The position numbers were made by a program, and so were the translations under genes. Positions 42,294 to 52,747 of a DNA stretch of 64,000 nucleotides are shown piece by piece. Within the stretch, counting starts at the first letter, position 1; each line of letters opens with the position of its first letter. The stretch is from an uncultured Poribacteria bacterium (GTDB lineage: Bacteria; Poribacteria; WGA-4E; WGA-3G). The stretch spans positions 160,001 to 224,000 of the forward strand of contig OX638351.1 in NCBI GenBank assembly GCA_951813565.1, given 5' to 3'. The notes under the pieces are model-generated. The model was not told where the DNA came from. It did not search any database and worked only from the letters and a program-made list of their open reading frames with translations.

Positions 42294-44915
42294 ATGCAAC
42301 GTCTTTTCACTTTTTGGCTTTGTGTTATTTTTGTCAGCGGCTTTTGTCTTCCGATCTTCTCACAAGAAGAAAAAAAAGAGGCTAAACCTGCTACACAGGC
42401 AACACCAGCAAAACAAAAAAAGGAATATGAGGATTTTAATAAAGTAACGGAAGACAGTAAAAGTTTTCAAGGTTTTTTCAAACTATACCAGAAGAAAGAA
42501 AACCTCTATTGCGAAATACAACCTTCGCAATTAAATAAACCCTTTTTATGCATGATCAGTATTGCGCGCGGCTTAGGAACAGGATACCTTCTTTCAGGTA
42601 TGACCATGGATGAATGGTTGCTTGAATGGCGGCGTGTCGGTGACCGTGTGCATCTTGTGCGAAAAAATGTGCGTTTTCGTGCTAATAAGGGAACACCGAT
42701 AGCCGAAGCAGTAGACTTGGGATATCGCGACTCTGTACTTTTCGCTCTCAAACTTGAAAGTGTCCATCCACAACGAAAAAGTTTGTTAGTAAATATTTCA
42801 CCCGTATTTATATCTGACCTGCCACCTTTGTCGGGTCAAATAGGTGGTGGTGCCCGTTTTGATAAAACACGTAGCACATGGGGAGCAGTTAAAGCGTTTC
42901 CCAAAAACGTTGAGTTGAGAGTTGATGCGGTTTATTCTGCAAGTGGCAGTCGTGAAACAATTCCTGACAGTCGTGGTATCCAATTATCAGTCCACTACAG
43001 TCTCGCAGAACTACCATCAAACAACTATCAACCCCGCTTGGCTGATGATCGTATGGGACATTTCATGACGACAGTTAAAGATTTCTCACTTAACACCAGT
43101 GATGAACCGTTTGTGCGTTTTGTCAATCGTTGGCACTTGGAGAAGGCTGACAAGAAAGCAAAGTTTTCACCTCCAAAAGATCCAATTATATTTTATATAG
43201 AGAAAACCGTTCCACACCGTTTTCGTCCTTATGTGCGGCAGGGCATTCTGGAATGGAACAAGGCATTTGAAAAAGCAGGTTTCATAGATGCAATTGAAGC
43301 ACGGATTCAGCAGGATCATGAGGACTGGGACCCAGAAGATGCTCGGTATAATACAATTCGTTGGGTCGTAGGTGCATCCTTTGCAATTGGACCCTCTCGC
43401 GTGAATCCGCTGACAGGACAGATTCTGGACGCGGATATCCTTGTCGGTGAAAGTTGGATACGATCTTGGCAGCGTGAGTATACAACTTTCTTTGATGAAG
43501 TAGAACATGAACGCAACCATCCGATTGATCATTCATCACGACATAACTGTCAAATGGCTACTGGGCTTGCACGTGAAATGGGTTTCATGGCGAGCGTACT
43601 CCAAGCACGTGGGATGATTGATGATGGAGAACTTCCAGAAGAATTTATCGGACAAGCACTTAAAGCATTGATTATGCACGAAGTCGGTCACACATTAGGT
43701 ATACGACACAACTTTAAAGCGAGTACGATATATTCGCTTGATGAACTAAACAAGAAGACTGGTAAAGCACTCCACGGTTCCGTGATGGAATATGATGCTG
43801 TGAACATCGCACCGGAAGGCAAAAAACAGGGTGATTATTATACAACAACAATCGGCCCCTGGGACTACTGGGTGATTGAATACGCTTATAAACCAATTAG
43901 TGGTAGCAAGCCAGAAGCAGAATTACCGGAGTTGCAGAAAATCGCTTCGCGTGTGGCAGCCTCGGAACTTAGATATGCTACTGATGGTGATGCTTCAATG
44001 TATCAATATCGTGACCTTGATCCGTTAGTCAATCGGTGGGATCTTGGTGCGGATCCGCTTGAATTTGCTAAACAACGTCGAGAAATTGTGGCAGGACTAT
44101 GGGACGAGATTGCAGACAAAGTCACAACAGATGGAATGGGTTATCAACGAGTCCGACGTGCATTCAGATCACTGCTGGGGCAATATAGTCGTGGCATGTT
44201 CCTTGCAGCACGTTTCATCGGTGGACAATACCATCATCGGGACCATAAAGGGGATGAAAATGGGCGGTTACCTTATGTGCCTGTTCCTGCGAAAAAGCAG
44301 CGTGAAGCACTAAAATTTATCAAAGACTACGCGCTATCAGACGAAACTTTCGATTTTCCACCGAAGCTGCTGAACAGCATCGCAATTACTCGGTGGAGTG
44401 ATTGGGGAACAAGTAGTGGAAATTCTTCACGATTGGATTACCCGATTCACGACGTTATTCTGCGAAACCAAAGCCAAATTTTAGGACGGTTGCTTGATCC
44501 GAATGTTCTTGCACGTGTTCAAGATACAGAACTCAAGTTTTCTGACGATGAAGATGCGTTCACATTGCCAGAACTCTTCACGGGAATTACGGATGCTGTT
44601 TGGGTTGAACTTGATAAGAATGCTGATGCAAAACAGTGGACGAATTCAGATGCATTTATCTCCAGTTTCCGTCGCGGTTTGCAGCGTGAACATCTGAAGC
44701 AGCTTATCAAACTCGTGTTAGATGCAGACAGCGGCACCCCTGAAGATGCAAGGTCCCTTGCACGTCTCCATCTCAAACAAATCAATGAGCGTATCAAGAA
44801 TGTGCTGCAAAATTCCAAGGATAAGCTGGATGATTACAGTTTAGCACATTTTGAAGAATCGCAAGTTCGCGTTGAGAAAGCGTTGGATGCAAACTTCCAA
44901 GTTGAAAAACGTTAA
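42294..44915 (+). CDS. Secreted Zn-dependent metalloprotease (DUF5117/DUF4953 type)
   Basis: Signal peptide; PRLADDRMGHF; HEVGHTLGIRHNF; SVMEY Met-turn. Confidence 0.9.
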   Translation: MQRLFTFWLCVIFVSGFCLPIFSQEEKKEAKPATQATPAKQKKEYEDFNKVTEDSKSFQGFFKLYQKKENLYCEIQPSQLNKPFLCMISIARGLGTGYLLSGMTMDEWLLEWRRVGDRVHLVRKNVRFRANKGTPIAEAVDLGYRDSVLFALKLESVHPQRKSLLVNISPVFISDLPPLSGQIGGGARFDKTRSTWGAVKAFPKNVELRVDAVYSASGSRETIPDSRGIQLSVHYSLAELPSNNYQPRLADDRMGHFMTTVKDFSLNTSDEPFVRFVNRWHLEKADKKAKFSPPKDPIIFYIEKTVPHRFRPYVRQGILEWNKAFEKAGFIDAIEARIQQDHEDWDPEDARYNTIRWVVGASFAIGPSRVNPLTGQILDADILVGESWIRSWQREYTTFFDEVEHERNHPIDHSSRHNCQMATGLAREMGFMASVLQARGMIDDGELPEEFIGQALKALIMHEVGHTLGIRHNFKASTIYSLDELNKKTGKALHGSVMEYDAVNIAPEGKKQGDYYTTTIGPWDYWVIEYAYKPISGSKPEAELPELQKIASRVAASELRYATDGDASMYQYRDLDPLVNRWDLGADPLEFAKQRREIVAGLWDEIADKVTTDGMGYQRVRRAFRSLLGQYSRGMFLAARFIGGQYHHRDHKGDENGRLPYVPVPAKKQREALKFIKDYALSDETFDFPPKLLNSIAITRWSDWGTSSGNSSRLDYPIHDVILRNQSQILGRLLDPNVLARVQDTELKFSDDEDAFTLPELFTGITDAVWVELDKNADAKQWTNSDAFISSFRRGLQREHLKQLIKLVLDADSGTPEDARSLARLHLKQINERIKNVLQNSKDKLDDYSLAHFEESQVRVEKALDANFQVEKR

Positions 44916-45022
44916 ATACTTGTCTTTCTCCGCGTAGGGCGGGGTCCCTGTGCCCCGCCAATGCTATCTGCACATTTGGCGTTGATATAAAATGTCAATT
45001 CCTATAGTAAGCGCGCCTATCC

Positions 45023-45303
45023 TTATATATAACGTGAGCTTGATAAATCCCGTAGGGAATCAACACCGAATGCGCCTACGGCATTCGGTGGGGTAGAACG
45101 GAAATGGACAATAAAAACAGACCCTAAAGAGAGGTTATTTTCTTCGTTCATTGCGTTTATAAATGCATAACCATAACAGAGCTCCTCTAATTCCTCGGGT
45201 TCATAATCAATACTTCCTGATTGATCATTGTCAGCAATAATAGAGCTTACAATAATGCAACTGACCATCACAAAAAGAAAACGGAAAAAAGTCGTTTTTT
45301 TAT
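45023..45303 (-). pseudogene. Cassette 1 gene B, degenerate
   Basis: ATA start-like codon at 45303 (IKKRLFSVFF), 1-nt frameshift into VMVSCIIVSSIIADNDQ, 3' part replaced by a REP/hairpin insertion near 45050-45100. Confidence 0.55.
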
Positions 45304-45308
45304 TCCTT

Positions 45309-46055
45309 CTAATGTAGGTTTAGGTACTGATATGGATCAATACCTGTAGTCTCAAAATCTAAAACTTGTATGTGGGGTGGTGGATTTAAAAGGTCAATAT
45401 CTGCAGGAGGCGGACTTCCACCTTTTATGCGTGTTATAAAAGGTTCCAGAGTCCCATCAGGTGCTTCACGCTCTTCCACGATGATATAATACGTGTTGAA
45501 GAAGTGAGGATACACTTTGTCGTTTTCAATAGAAGCTCCCTCAAAGTTCCTTATTCCTTCTGACCAGAGTTTGACCAAAACCCGCTCCATGAGTTCAAAA
45601 CGTCTTTGCTTATAGGATGGCAGACGTTCGTAGTATTCCATATCCCGCCAAGTAATACCGTAGGGATAATCAGCAGGGACTTTTGGAAACGGACCGAACC
45701 CGTGTGGTGATATAGGCACTTCCGCTGTCTCAGCGTTTTCTGATGGCTTTTCAGTTGATTGTGACTGTACCGCCACTTCGGGCCCTTCTGCCCCCCTATC
45801 AGGGGCTTCAGTTACAGGTTTCTCTGCGGTTTGCATATTGCTTTCCACAGGTGTCACATCGGCCGCCTGTTCTGCCTCGTTGTTTACCGCTTTTCGGGTT
45901 ATTTCCCGTTGACGGAGTAACTTAGCGGATTCCACTGCCTCTTGTCTATAAGGTGCTGTATCGTGTTGGTACCATAAATAACACGCACCTGCAATTATTA
46001 TCAGGAGGGCAATAGCACCAATAAACCATTTATTAGTGATGATGTCGCGAATCAT
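45309..46055 (-). CDS. Cassette 1 gene A: membrane-anchored protein, C-domain family I
   Basis: Shared N-terminus; SPHGFGPFPKVP...ELMERVLVKLW...GIDPY. Confidence 0.85.
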   Translation of the reverse strand: MIRDIITNKWFIGAIALLIIIAGACYLWYQHDTAPYRQEAVESAKLLRQREITRKAVNNEAEQAADVTPVESNMQTAEKPVTEAPDRGAEGPEVAVQSQSTEKPSENAETAEVPISPHGFGPFPKVPADYPYGITWRDMEYYERLPSYKQRRFELMERVLVKLWSEGIRNFEGASIENDKVYPHFFNTYYIIVEEREAPDGTLEPFITRIKGGSPPPADIDLLNPPPHIQVLDFETTGIDPYQYLNLH

Positions 46056-46432
46056 CTATAACCTCCGATTGTTGTGTGACACACCACATTGACGTGTCTG
46101 TTATGAGAGTTTGCTCGATGCACCGTGGTTTTCCACTTGTCAGTGGAGGACGCGCACTATGCGCTTTGTGTATTCGGTGAGGTATCTTCAGTAATTAACA
46201 ACAATTATACAAGAACTGAAACAAAATGCTCAAGCAATTAACAATAATTTATGTGAAACGGGTGATGGGATATTATGATCGACTCTGCTATTTTTCTCAT
46301 ATTGTGCGCAAGGTGAAAGCGTTTGTCAGTTTATAGCAAAATTTAGGAAAAGAGTGAAGTAAGTGAAAAAGTAAAGGCAGATACCCAATCGGATACCTAC
46401 CTATAGATTGTGAAGATATATAACGCCGCCGG

Positions 46433-47011
46433 TTACCAGGGTATATGAGAGTATGCGTCCAAAGCACCATTCCAATTCATGTCATAAGCATAACCGTTTA
46501 TTGAACCTGATGTAGAACAATCTGATGCTGTATTCGAAGGATGAGGATATTGACCTTGTAACGTCTTTGATTCGGAATGATATGCTTTGGCACGATCATT
46601 GTGCCTGCCTTCAAATTCTGGATAGCCGCCACTATAATCCCAAGGACCAAAGTCACTATCTTTGGTCTCACCGTCCACATATATTAACGCATCCACCCAA
46701 TAATAACCCCTGTAGAAATTGCTGTTGCACCTAATATTTGCCTCACAACTCCATGATGCGTAGGAGTATGCAGTGACAGGTACATTTGCAGTAGTCGTTT
46801 CAGTGCTGGTGTCGGCAGAAAAGGGCCATTCATAATCACTCGCGTTTTTATACCACTTGTCAGTATATCTTATACCAACTAAAGTATTGCTATTGTAGCT
46901 GTGTCCCCATTCACTATGTCCACCATTGTTTGAACCTTCGTTATGATCTGAGAAAACGATAGAAGTACCCAGACATAACAGCGTTATTGATAAGTACGAG
47001 AGTATTCTCAT
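46433..47011 (-). CDS. Cassette 2 gene B: small secreted protein ending AYSHIPW
   Basis: Signal peptide; starts 8 bp after gene A stop. Confidence 0.8.
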   Translation of the reverse strand: MRILSYLSITLLCLGTSIVFSDHNEGSNNGGHSEWGHSYNSNTLVGIRYTDKWYKNASDYEWPFSADTSTETTTANVPVTAYSYASWSCEANIRCNSNFYRGYYWVDALIYVDGETKDSDFGPWDYSGGYPEFEGRHNDRAKAYHSESKTLQGQYPHPSNTASDCSTSGSINGYAYDMNWNGALDAYSHIPW

Positions 47012-47018
47012 GAGGTAT

Positions 47019-47753
47019 TTACTCCTTTTTGCTAAGTTCTAAGAAGGAATACGGATCGATTCCTGCTTCATTACGACTAAGAACTGTAATGCCTTCAGGA
47101 GGAGGTTGTCCTGCCTCCAATGCTGCTTCTATAGCATCAAAGTCATCATCGGGGTGCCCCGTAATCCTTCGAATGAATTCTCCATTTTCTGCCCATTGAA
47201 CGTAGACAGTGCCTAATATGTTTGGATAGACTTTACCGTTTTCAAAGGAAGCGCCATCCGATCGAATACCTTGATTCCATAACTTGATGCGAACCCGTGA
47301 CATTAATTCCCCCTTTACAGTTTTGCCCCAGAATTCCCATTCGAATTTGTCTGGTGGAATAGGATAATCTGCTGGCACTTCTGGATAGGGACCGAAACCG
47401 AAAGGCGACACAGGCACATCCTTTGCCTCAGTGGTTTGGGCAGAGGTTTCGGATTGTTGTTGTCCCGCCGCTTCGGTGTTATTTTCCACTTCAGCGGTTG
47501 ACCCGTTGATAGATTTCTCTGTGGTTAGCGTATTGCTTTCCGCAGGTGCTTTCTCTGCCGCCTGTACTGCTTCGTTGACTGTATCCACTTTTTTAGCGGC
47601 TTCTTGTTGACGGAGTAACTTAGCGGATTCCGCTGCTTCTTGTCTGTAAGGTGCCGTATCGTGTTGGTACCATAAATAACACGCACCTGCAATTATTATC
47701 AGGAGGGCTATCGCACCAATAAACCATTTATTAGTGATGATGTCTCGAGTCAT
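47019..47753 (-). CDS. Cassette 2 gene A, family I
   Basis: Shared N-terminus; SPFGFGPYPEVP...ELMSRVRIKLW...GIDPY. Confidence 0.85.
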   Translation of the reverse strand: MTRDIITNKWFIGAIALLIIIAGACYLWYQHDTAPYRQEAAESAKLLRQQEAAKKVDTVNEAVQAAEKAPAESNTLTTEKSINGSTAEVENNTEAAGQQQSETSAQTTEAKDVPVSPFGFGPYPEVPADYPIPPDKFEWEFWGKTVKGELMSRVRIKLWNQGIRSDGASFENGKVYPNILGTVYVQWAENGEFIRRITGHPDDDFDAIEAALEAGQPPPEGITVLSRNEAGIDPYSFLELSKKE

Positions 47754-48088
47754 CTATAACCTCCGATTGTTGTGCAACACGCCACAACGGCATGTCTGGT
47801 ATGAGAGTTTGCTCGATGCACCGTGGTTTTCCACTCGTCAGTGGAGGACGCGCACTATGCGCTTTGTGTATTCGGTGAGATATCTTCAGTAATTAACAAC
47901 AATTATACAAGAACTGAAACAAAATGCTCAAGCAATTAACAATAATTTATGTGAAACGGGGGATGGGATATTATGCGAAGTTGTGCTATTTTTCTGATAT
48001 TGTGCGGCGGGCGAAATCGTTTATAAGTTTATAGCAAGGTGTAGGGAAACAAAAGCGTGGTAAAGGACTGAAGGTGGGTGAAAAGTAA

Positions 48089-48117
48089 AGGCAGATACCC
48101 ATAAAGGATATCTGCCT
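48089..48117 (-). terminator. Intrinsic terminator-like hairpin after a B gene (homologous copies at about 46375, 52694, 54358, 56083)
   Basis: aggcagata-loop-tatctgcct followed by a T-rich tract on the minus strand. Confidence 0.7.
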
Positions 48118-48132
48118 CTACTTTTATTAACG

Positions 48133-48609
48133 TTAAAAACTGGCGTCAGCTTTGTCTGTACTGCTATCATCATCTGGAGAAACATCCGCGTCAGCCGAGA
48201 CAGTAATATTACGGGGACTTCGGAAGTAGAATTTCTCTGGATGATAAAGCGAATCACTGTCATGCCCCTCATAACGCTCTATTATTACAGGCTTACTCTG
48301 TACAAATAGGCGATAAGCTCCAGTATTCGTTTCGTTATTCGAATTGAGTCCGGTTGTCCAGAAACCGGCGAGTTCCGTGCCTTCTGTGTAGGGAATACCC
48401 CAATCTCTACCTGTAGATTTCGAAACGACTGCCTGTGCCCCCGCGGAGTGTACGACGTTTGATTCTGTACGCACTATCCAACCAGTGCCATCGGCGTTAA
48501 ATTGCTGAGCATTTGTATCAGCATGGTGAGCATCTATATGTGAAAGTGTTGTAATCGCAATAAGTGCGATAATTATCAAAAATGCTCTCACAAACTTTTT
48601 AATATACAT
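48133..48609 (-). CDS. Cassette 3 gene B: small secreted protein ending ADASF
   Basis: Signal peptide; AGGAG RBS. Confidence 0.8.
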   Translation of the reverse strand: MYIKKFVRAFLIIIALIAITTLSHIDAHHADTNAQQFNADGTGWIVRTESNVVHSAGAQAVVSKSTGRDWGIPYTEGTELAGFWTTGLNSNNETNTGAYRLFVQSKPVIIERYEGHDSDSLYHPEKFYFRSPRNITVSADADVSPDDDSSTDKADASF

Positions 48610-48624
48610 TAGTAAATCTCCTTT

Positions 48625-49389
48625 TTAATTTTTTGTCTTGGAAATACCAAGATATGCATACGGATCAATGCCTTCCGTTTCACCATCTAACACACGCATA
48701 CCCGGAGGTGCAATACCAAGACGCATCTGCTCTGGAGACAGAGTCCTTCCTTTGACGCGTGTAAAATATCGGGTTATAGTGCCATCAACCTCTTCTCTTT
48801 CCCCATACCACACATAGATGGTATTGGGATAGTTAAAATAGATTTTGTCGTTGGCACCGCCTATGCCGATCCAGTTACGATGCAGTCCTTCTTGCCATGC
48901 TTTTATCGCCACACGAGACATCAGTTCTGCTTCCTCAGGTAGCATGATATTCGGAAACTTGGGATGATCCCAAATCGGTCTATAAGGATTTCCTACGCTA
49001 TCAAGCATACCTTCTGGTACTTCCGGATAGGGCCCGAACCCGAACGGAGACACGCGCACTTCTGATTCCGCTGCGTTTTCTGATAGCGTTTCCGATTGTT
49101 GTCCCGTCGCTTCGGTGTTGTTTTTCACTTCAGCGGTTGACCCGTTGATAGATTTCTCTGCGGTTGGCGTTGTGCTTTTCGCAGGTGTTACATCGGCTGC
49201 CTGTTCTGCCTCGTTGTTTTCCATTTTTTGGGTTGTTTCCCGTTGACGGAGTAACTTAGCGGATTCGGCTGCCTCTTGTCTATAAGGTGCCGTGTCATAT
49301 CGGTACCATAAATAACACGCACCAGCAAATATTATCAGGAGGGCAATAGCACCAATAAACCATTTATTAGTGATGATGTCTCGAGTCAT
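48625..49389 (-). CDS. Cassette 3 gene A, family I
   Basis: Shared N-terminus; SPFGFGPYPEVP...ELMSRVAIKAW...GIDPY. Confidence 0.85.
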   Translation of the reverse strand: MTRDIITNKWFIGAIALLIIFAGACYLWYRYDTAPYRQEAAESAKLLRQRETTQKMENNEAEQAADVTPAKSTTPTAEKSINGSTAEVKNNTEATGQQSETLSENAAESEVRVSPFGFGPYPEVPEGMLDSVGNPYRPIWDHPKFPNIMLPEEAELMSRVAIKAWQEGLHRNWIGIGGANDKIYFNYPNTIYVWYGEREEVDGTITRYFTRVKGRTLSPEQMRLGIAPPGMRVLDGETEGIDPYAYLGISKTKN

Positions 49390-49792
49390 CTATAACCTCC
49401 GATTGTTGTGTGACATGCCACAACGGCATGTCTGTTTTGAGAGTATGCTTGATACACCAAAAGTTTTCCACTCTTTAGTGGTTGACGCGTTCTGATATAT
49501 GTTAGGTTTTCGAGATTGATGTTTCACCGTGATTAGCAATAATTATACAACATAAACATTGAAATGTCAGGTAATTAACGTAAAATAGCAGCTTTTGTGA
49601 ATAATAATACAAAAACTGGATGACTATAATGAGTCTGGAAGCTATGTGAAGTGGGTTTTGGGTATTATGACAGGCTGTGCTGCTTTTCTGATATTGTGCG
49701 GCGGGTGAAATCGTTTGTGAGTTAATAGCGAAGAACTAGGGTACTTGTGTGTGATTGACAACCAATCCCTAAAACGTCTTTCCGTGATCTAA

Positions 49793-50647
49793 TCAGCGTG
49801 GTGAGCGTGAGAAGTTGAGTCTCACTTTAGGATCGTAGTCGGATACTAAGACCTCGGGAAAATCAAGTATTGATTGGATAACCCAATCAATACGATTCGC
49901 TCCAGTATGAGGTTCCTTTTTATTAGGATCTGCATTGGCAGAATAGTACATTGCTGCTTCATGTAAGGGTCCTATTAATTTTATGCTAGCACGTTTGGGA
50001 TTATACTTTTCTTTTACCTCTTCTGCAATCGCCTTAATCTTGAGTAAATCTTCCTCGGAAACCTCTCTGATGTACTTCCCAATTAATTCCGGTGGACATT
50101 GTAAATGTTTTGGGACACCGTCTGCAAAGAATGGATTTATTGAGGTTTGGTAAGTTTTGCCTTCTTTTACTCTTTGTTCTCGTTTAAGTAAAATCCAGCG
50201 ATGGAAGTCCGCGAACCTTACATATTCGGGGAAATCAAGTATTGATTGGACAACCCAATCAATACGATTTGCTCCAAGTTGAAAATCCTCTCGTCCACGG
50301 TATCCTCTTTTCAGAGGATCTGAGTTGGCATGGTAATCCAATTGTTTCTTTGCATGAAGTTTCCATGTTTCTGTTACAGGACGTTTTGGGTTATAATTTG
50401 TAACTATCTCCTCCGCAATTGCTTGAATCTTAAGGATATCCTCTCTGGTGACTTCTGCGATATATTTTCCTATAAGTCGTTGCGGGCATTGTAGATGTTC
50501 TGGAACACCGTCTCCGAAAAGCGGATTTGATGAAGCTTGGAGGGTTATTTGATTTTGATTCCAAACCAGGATTCCCACAATGAAAAGAGCACAGACGAAA
50601 ACAAGCATTCCAAGAACGAAAAGGCTTGAAAAAAACTTGCGTAGCAT
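49793..50647 (-). CDS. Membrane-anchored protein with two tandem copies of the family II domain
   Basis: NP.F.DGVP.HLQCP..LIGKY...YNPKR...ANRIDW..QSILDFPE occurs twice; homologous to the cassette 4 gene A C-domain. Confidence 0.82.
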   Translation of the reverse strand: MLRKFFSSLFVLGMLVFVCALFIVGILVWNQNQITLQASSNPLFGDGVPEHLQCPQRLIGKYIAEVTREDILKIQAIAEEIVTNYNPKRPVTETWKLHAKKQLDYHANSDPLKRGYRGREDFQLGANRIDWVVQSILDFPEYVRFADFHRWILLKREQRVKEGKTYQTSINPFFADGVPKHLQCPPELIGKYIREVSEEDLLKIKAIAEEVKEKYNPKRASIKLIGPLHEAAMYYSANADPNKKEPHTGANRIDWVIQSILDFPEVLVSDYDPKVRLNFSRSPR

Positions 50648-50754
50648 TTGTTTTAATCTCCTTTGATATTGTCCAGAGTACCGTAAATATAATCAAGGCA
50701 CACCCATGAGCCTGTTCTTGTGTGCCTTGATTATATTTTATCTAAAGATTCTAA

Positions 50755-51405
50755 CTACCCTTTAGGGGCAGCGATACTTGCGTTACCGAGTCCTATGTTT
50801 ACAAATTGGTTTGAATCGCCCGAAATTTCAGCTGCCATGTGCGGATCGGCTGTGAGATTCGTGGGAGTTGTAGGATGTGTATCACTATAGTAACAATAAA
50901 TAGACAAATCAAACGAGCGTGTTACTTGTTCTGCCCATGGCCAGAAGTGATCCCACCAATTTTGCACAGTACTTGCAACGGGATGTTTTTTGTAGGCAAC
51001 TTCAGACTCACCATTGCCGTGCGAATCATAAAAATAACTTCTACCTTCGCTGTCCCGCTCAGTACGATTTGTGTGAATGTTGCTTTTATCTGGAATTGAG
51101 GCATTGGCTGTATCTCCTGTTGCTTGAACCCACGCTGTAGCGTCGTAACTCGTGTTGTCACCAATAGGGGAAGCACTTGCCGAAGCATAGGTAGATGACC
51201 CGACATACCAATTTCCGTTTGGCTTATAGGTATGAGGCGGGGACCAGTCGACATGTGCGAAGGTGGACCCTGAAACATCAAGGAAGGTACTTGCGTCTGT
51301 AGCAGAATCAAACCAATCCTCTATGACTTGCGCGTCTGATAAATAAAATGAGAGGGTTAGTATAACCAGAATAATTGTAAGTGAAATCTGCAAACCTTTC
51401 TTCAT
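50755..51405 (-). CDS. Cassette 4 gene B: secreted protein
   Basis: Signal peptide; ATGA overlap with gene A stop. Confidence 0.8.
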   Translation of the reverse strand: MKKGLQISLTIILVILTLSFYLSDAQVIEDWFDSATDASTFLDVSGSTFAHVDWSPPHTYKPNGNWYVGSSTYASASASPIGDNTSYDATAWVQATGDTANASIPDKSNIHTNRTERDSEGRSYFYDSHGNGESEVAYKKHPVASTVQNWWDHFWPWAEQVTRSFDLSIYCYYSDTHPTTPTNLTADPHMAAEISGDSNQFVNIGLGNASIAAPKG

Positions 51406-52355
51406 TTGTTATCTCCTAATTTATAGATCCCTGTTGTATAGGGGTTAATATTGTAGTTCCAGCCTCCAAGGCGTTCAAGTTCTTCGTCAGTAGTTTCGTT
51501 TAAGTCAATGGTAATACGTTCAGCATCTGCACCTGAGTGCCCCAGACCGTAGATTGTTCCTGAGAATTTGTCATCATCACCAGAACTGTATATGAATTCA
51601 TAGTAGAATCCATTATCCGTGCGAAATTCTCTCCCATCCGGTAATTTGTGAAGATTCCAGTTGGGATCCCATCCTCCTTGTTCTACCATGATCATATCCG
51701 TTGCTCTAATTGAGTCTTCCCTAAGAAGTATAACAATTTCCGGAAAATCAAGAATTGATTGTATTCCCCAATCAAAACGATTTGCCGCTACACCGAGGCC
51801 CTTCTTGGTAGGATCTGCGTTAGCATGATAATATTTATCAGCCTCAATAAATTGTGGCCAGACTTCTGGTAGGGGACGGTTTGGGTTATATTTTTCAACA
51901 ACCTCGTTGGCAATTTCACCAATCTTACGAAGTGCCTCTATTGATACCTCTGTGGTGTAAATACCAACTAATTCTTCTGGACATTGTAGGTGTTTTGGAA
52001 CACCGTCCGCAAAAAGCGGGTTGGATGAAGTGAATCCACTAACATGAGACATATCAAAGACTGCTGCGTTTTTCTCTGTTTCCGACTCAGCGTCGGAAAC
52101 ATCAGAAATATCGGAAAGTTTTTCTTGTTTTCTTCCGAAAGATTCGCTTTGTGCAGTATCGGCCTGTTCCACTTCACTTTTATTGTCCGCTTTTTGGGTT
52201 GCTTCTTGTTGACGGAGTAACTTAGCGGATTCGGCTGCCTCTTGTCTATAAGGTGCCGTATCGTGTTGGTACCATAAATAACACGCACCAGCAAATATTA
52301 TCAGGAGGGCAATAGCACCAATAAACCATTTATTAGTGATGATGTCGCGAATCAT
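51402..52355 (-). CDS. Cassette 4 gene A, C-domain family II
   Basis: Shared N-terminus; SSNPLFADGVPKHLQCPEEL...QSILDFPE...NINPY. Confidence 0.85.
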   Translation of the reverse strand: MIRDIITNKWFIGAIALLIIFAGACYLWYQHDTAPYRQEAAESAKLLRQQEATQKADNKSEVEQADTAQSESFGRKQEKLSDISDVSDAESETEKNAAVFDMSHVSGFTSSNPLFADGVPKHLQCPEELVGIYTTEVSIEALRKIGEIANEVVEKYNPNRPLPEVWPQFIEADKYYHANADPTKKGLGVAANRFDWGIQSILDFPEIVILLREDSIRATDMIMVEQGGWDPNWNLHKLPDGREFRTDNGFYYEFIYSSGDDDKFSGTIYGLGHSGADAERITIDLNETTDEELERLGGWNYNINPYTTGIYKLGDNK

Positions 52356-52747
52356 CTATAACCTCCGATTGTTGTGTGACACGCCACAACGGCATGTCTG
52401 TTATGAGAGATTTTTTGTGATGCACCGTGGTTTTCCACTTGTCAGTGGAGGACACGCACCATGCGCGTCTCTTTTTAGTGCGTTATCTCTCAGTGATTAA
52501 CAATAATTATACAAGAACTGAAACAAAATGCGCAAGCAATTAACAATAATTTATGTGAAACGGGTGATGGAGTATTATGAGAGGTTGTGCTATTTTTCTG
52601 ATATTGTGCGGCGGGTGAAATCGTTTGTGAGTTCATAGGAAAAACTTTGGGAACAAAAGCGGTGGAAAAGGGTGAGAGGTGGATGAAAAGTAGAGGCAGA
52701 TACCCATAGGATATCTGCCTGTATGAAATCAAAATTAGTAACAACAT

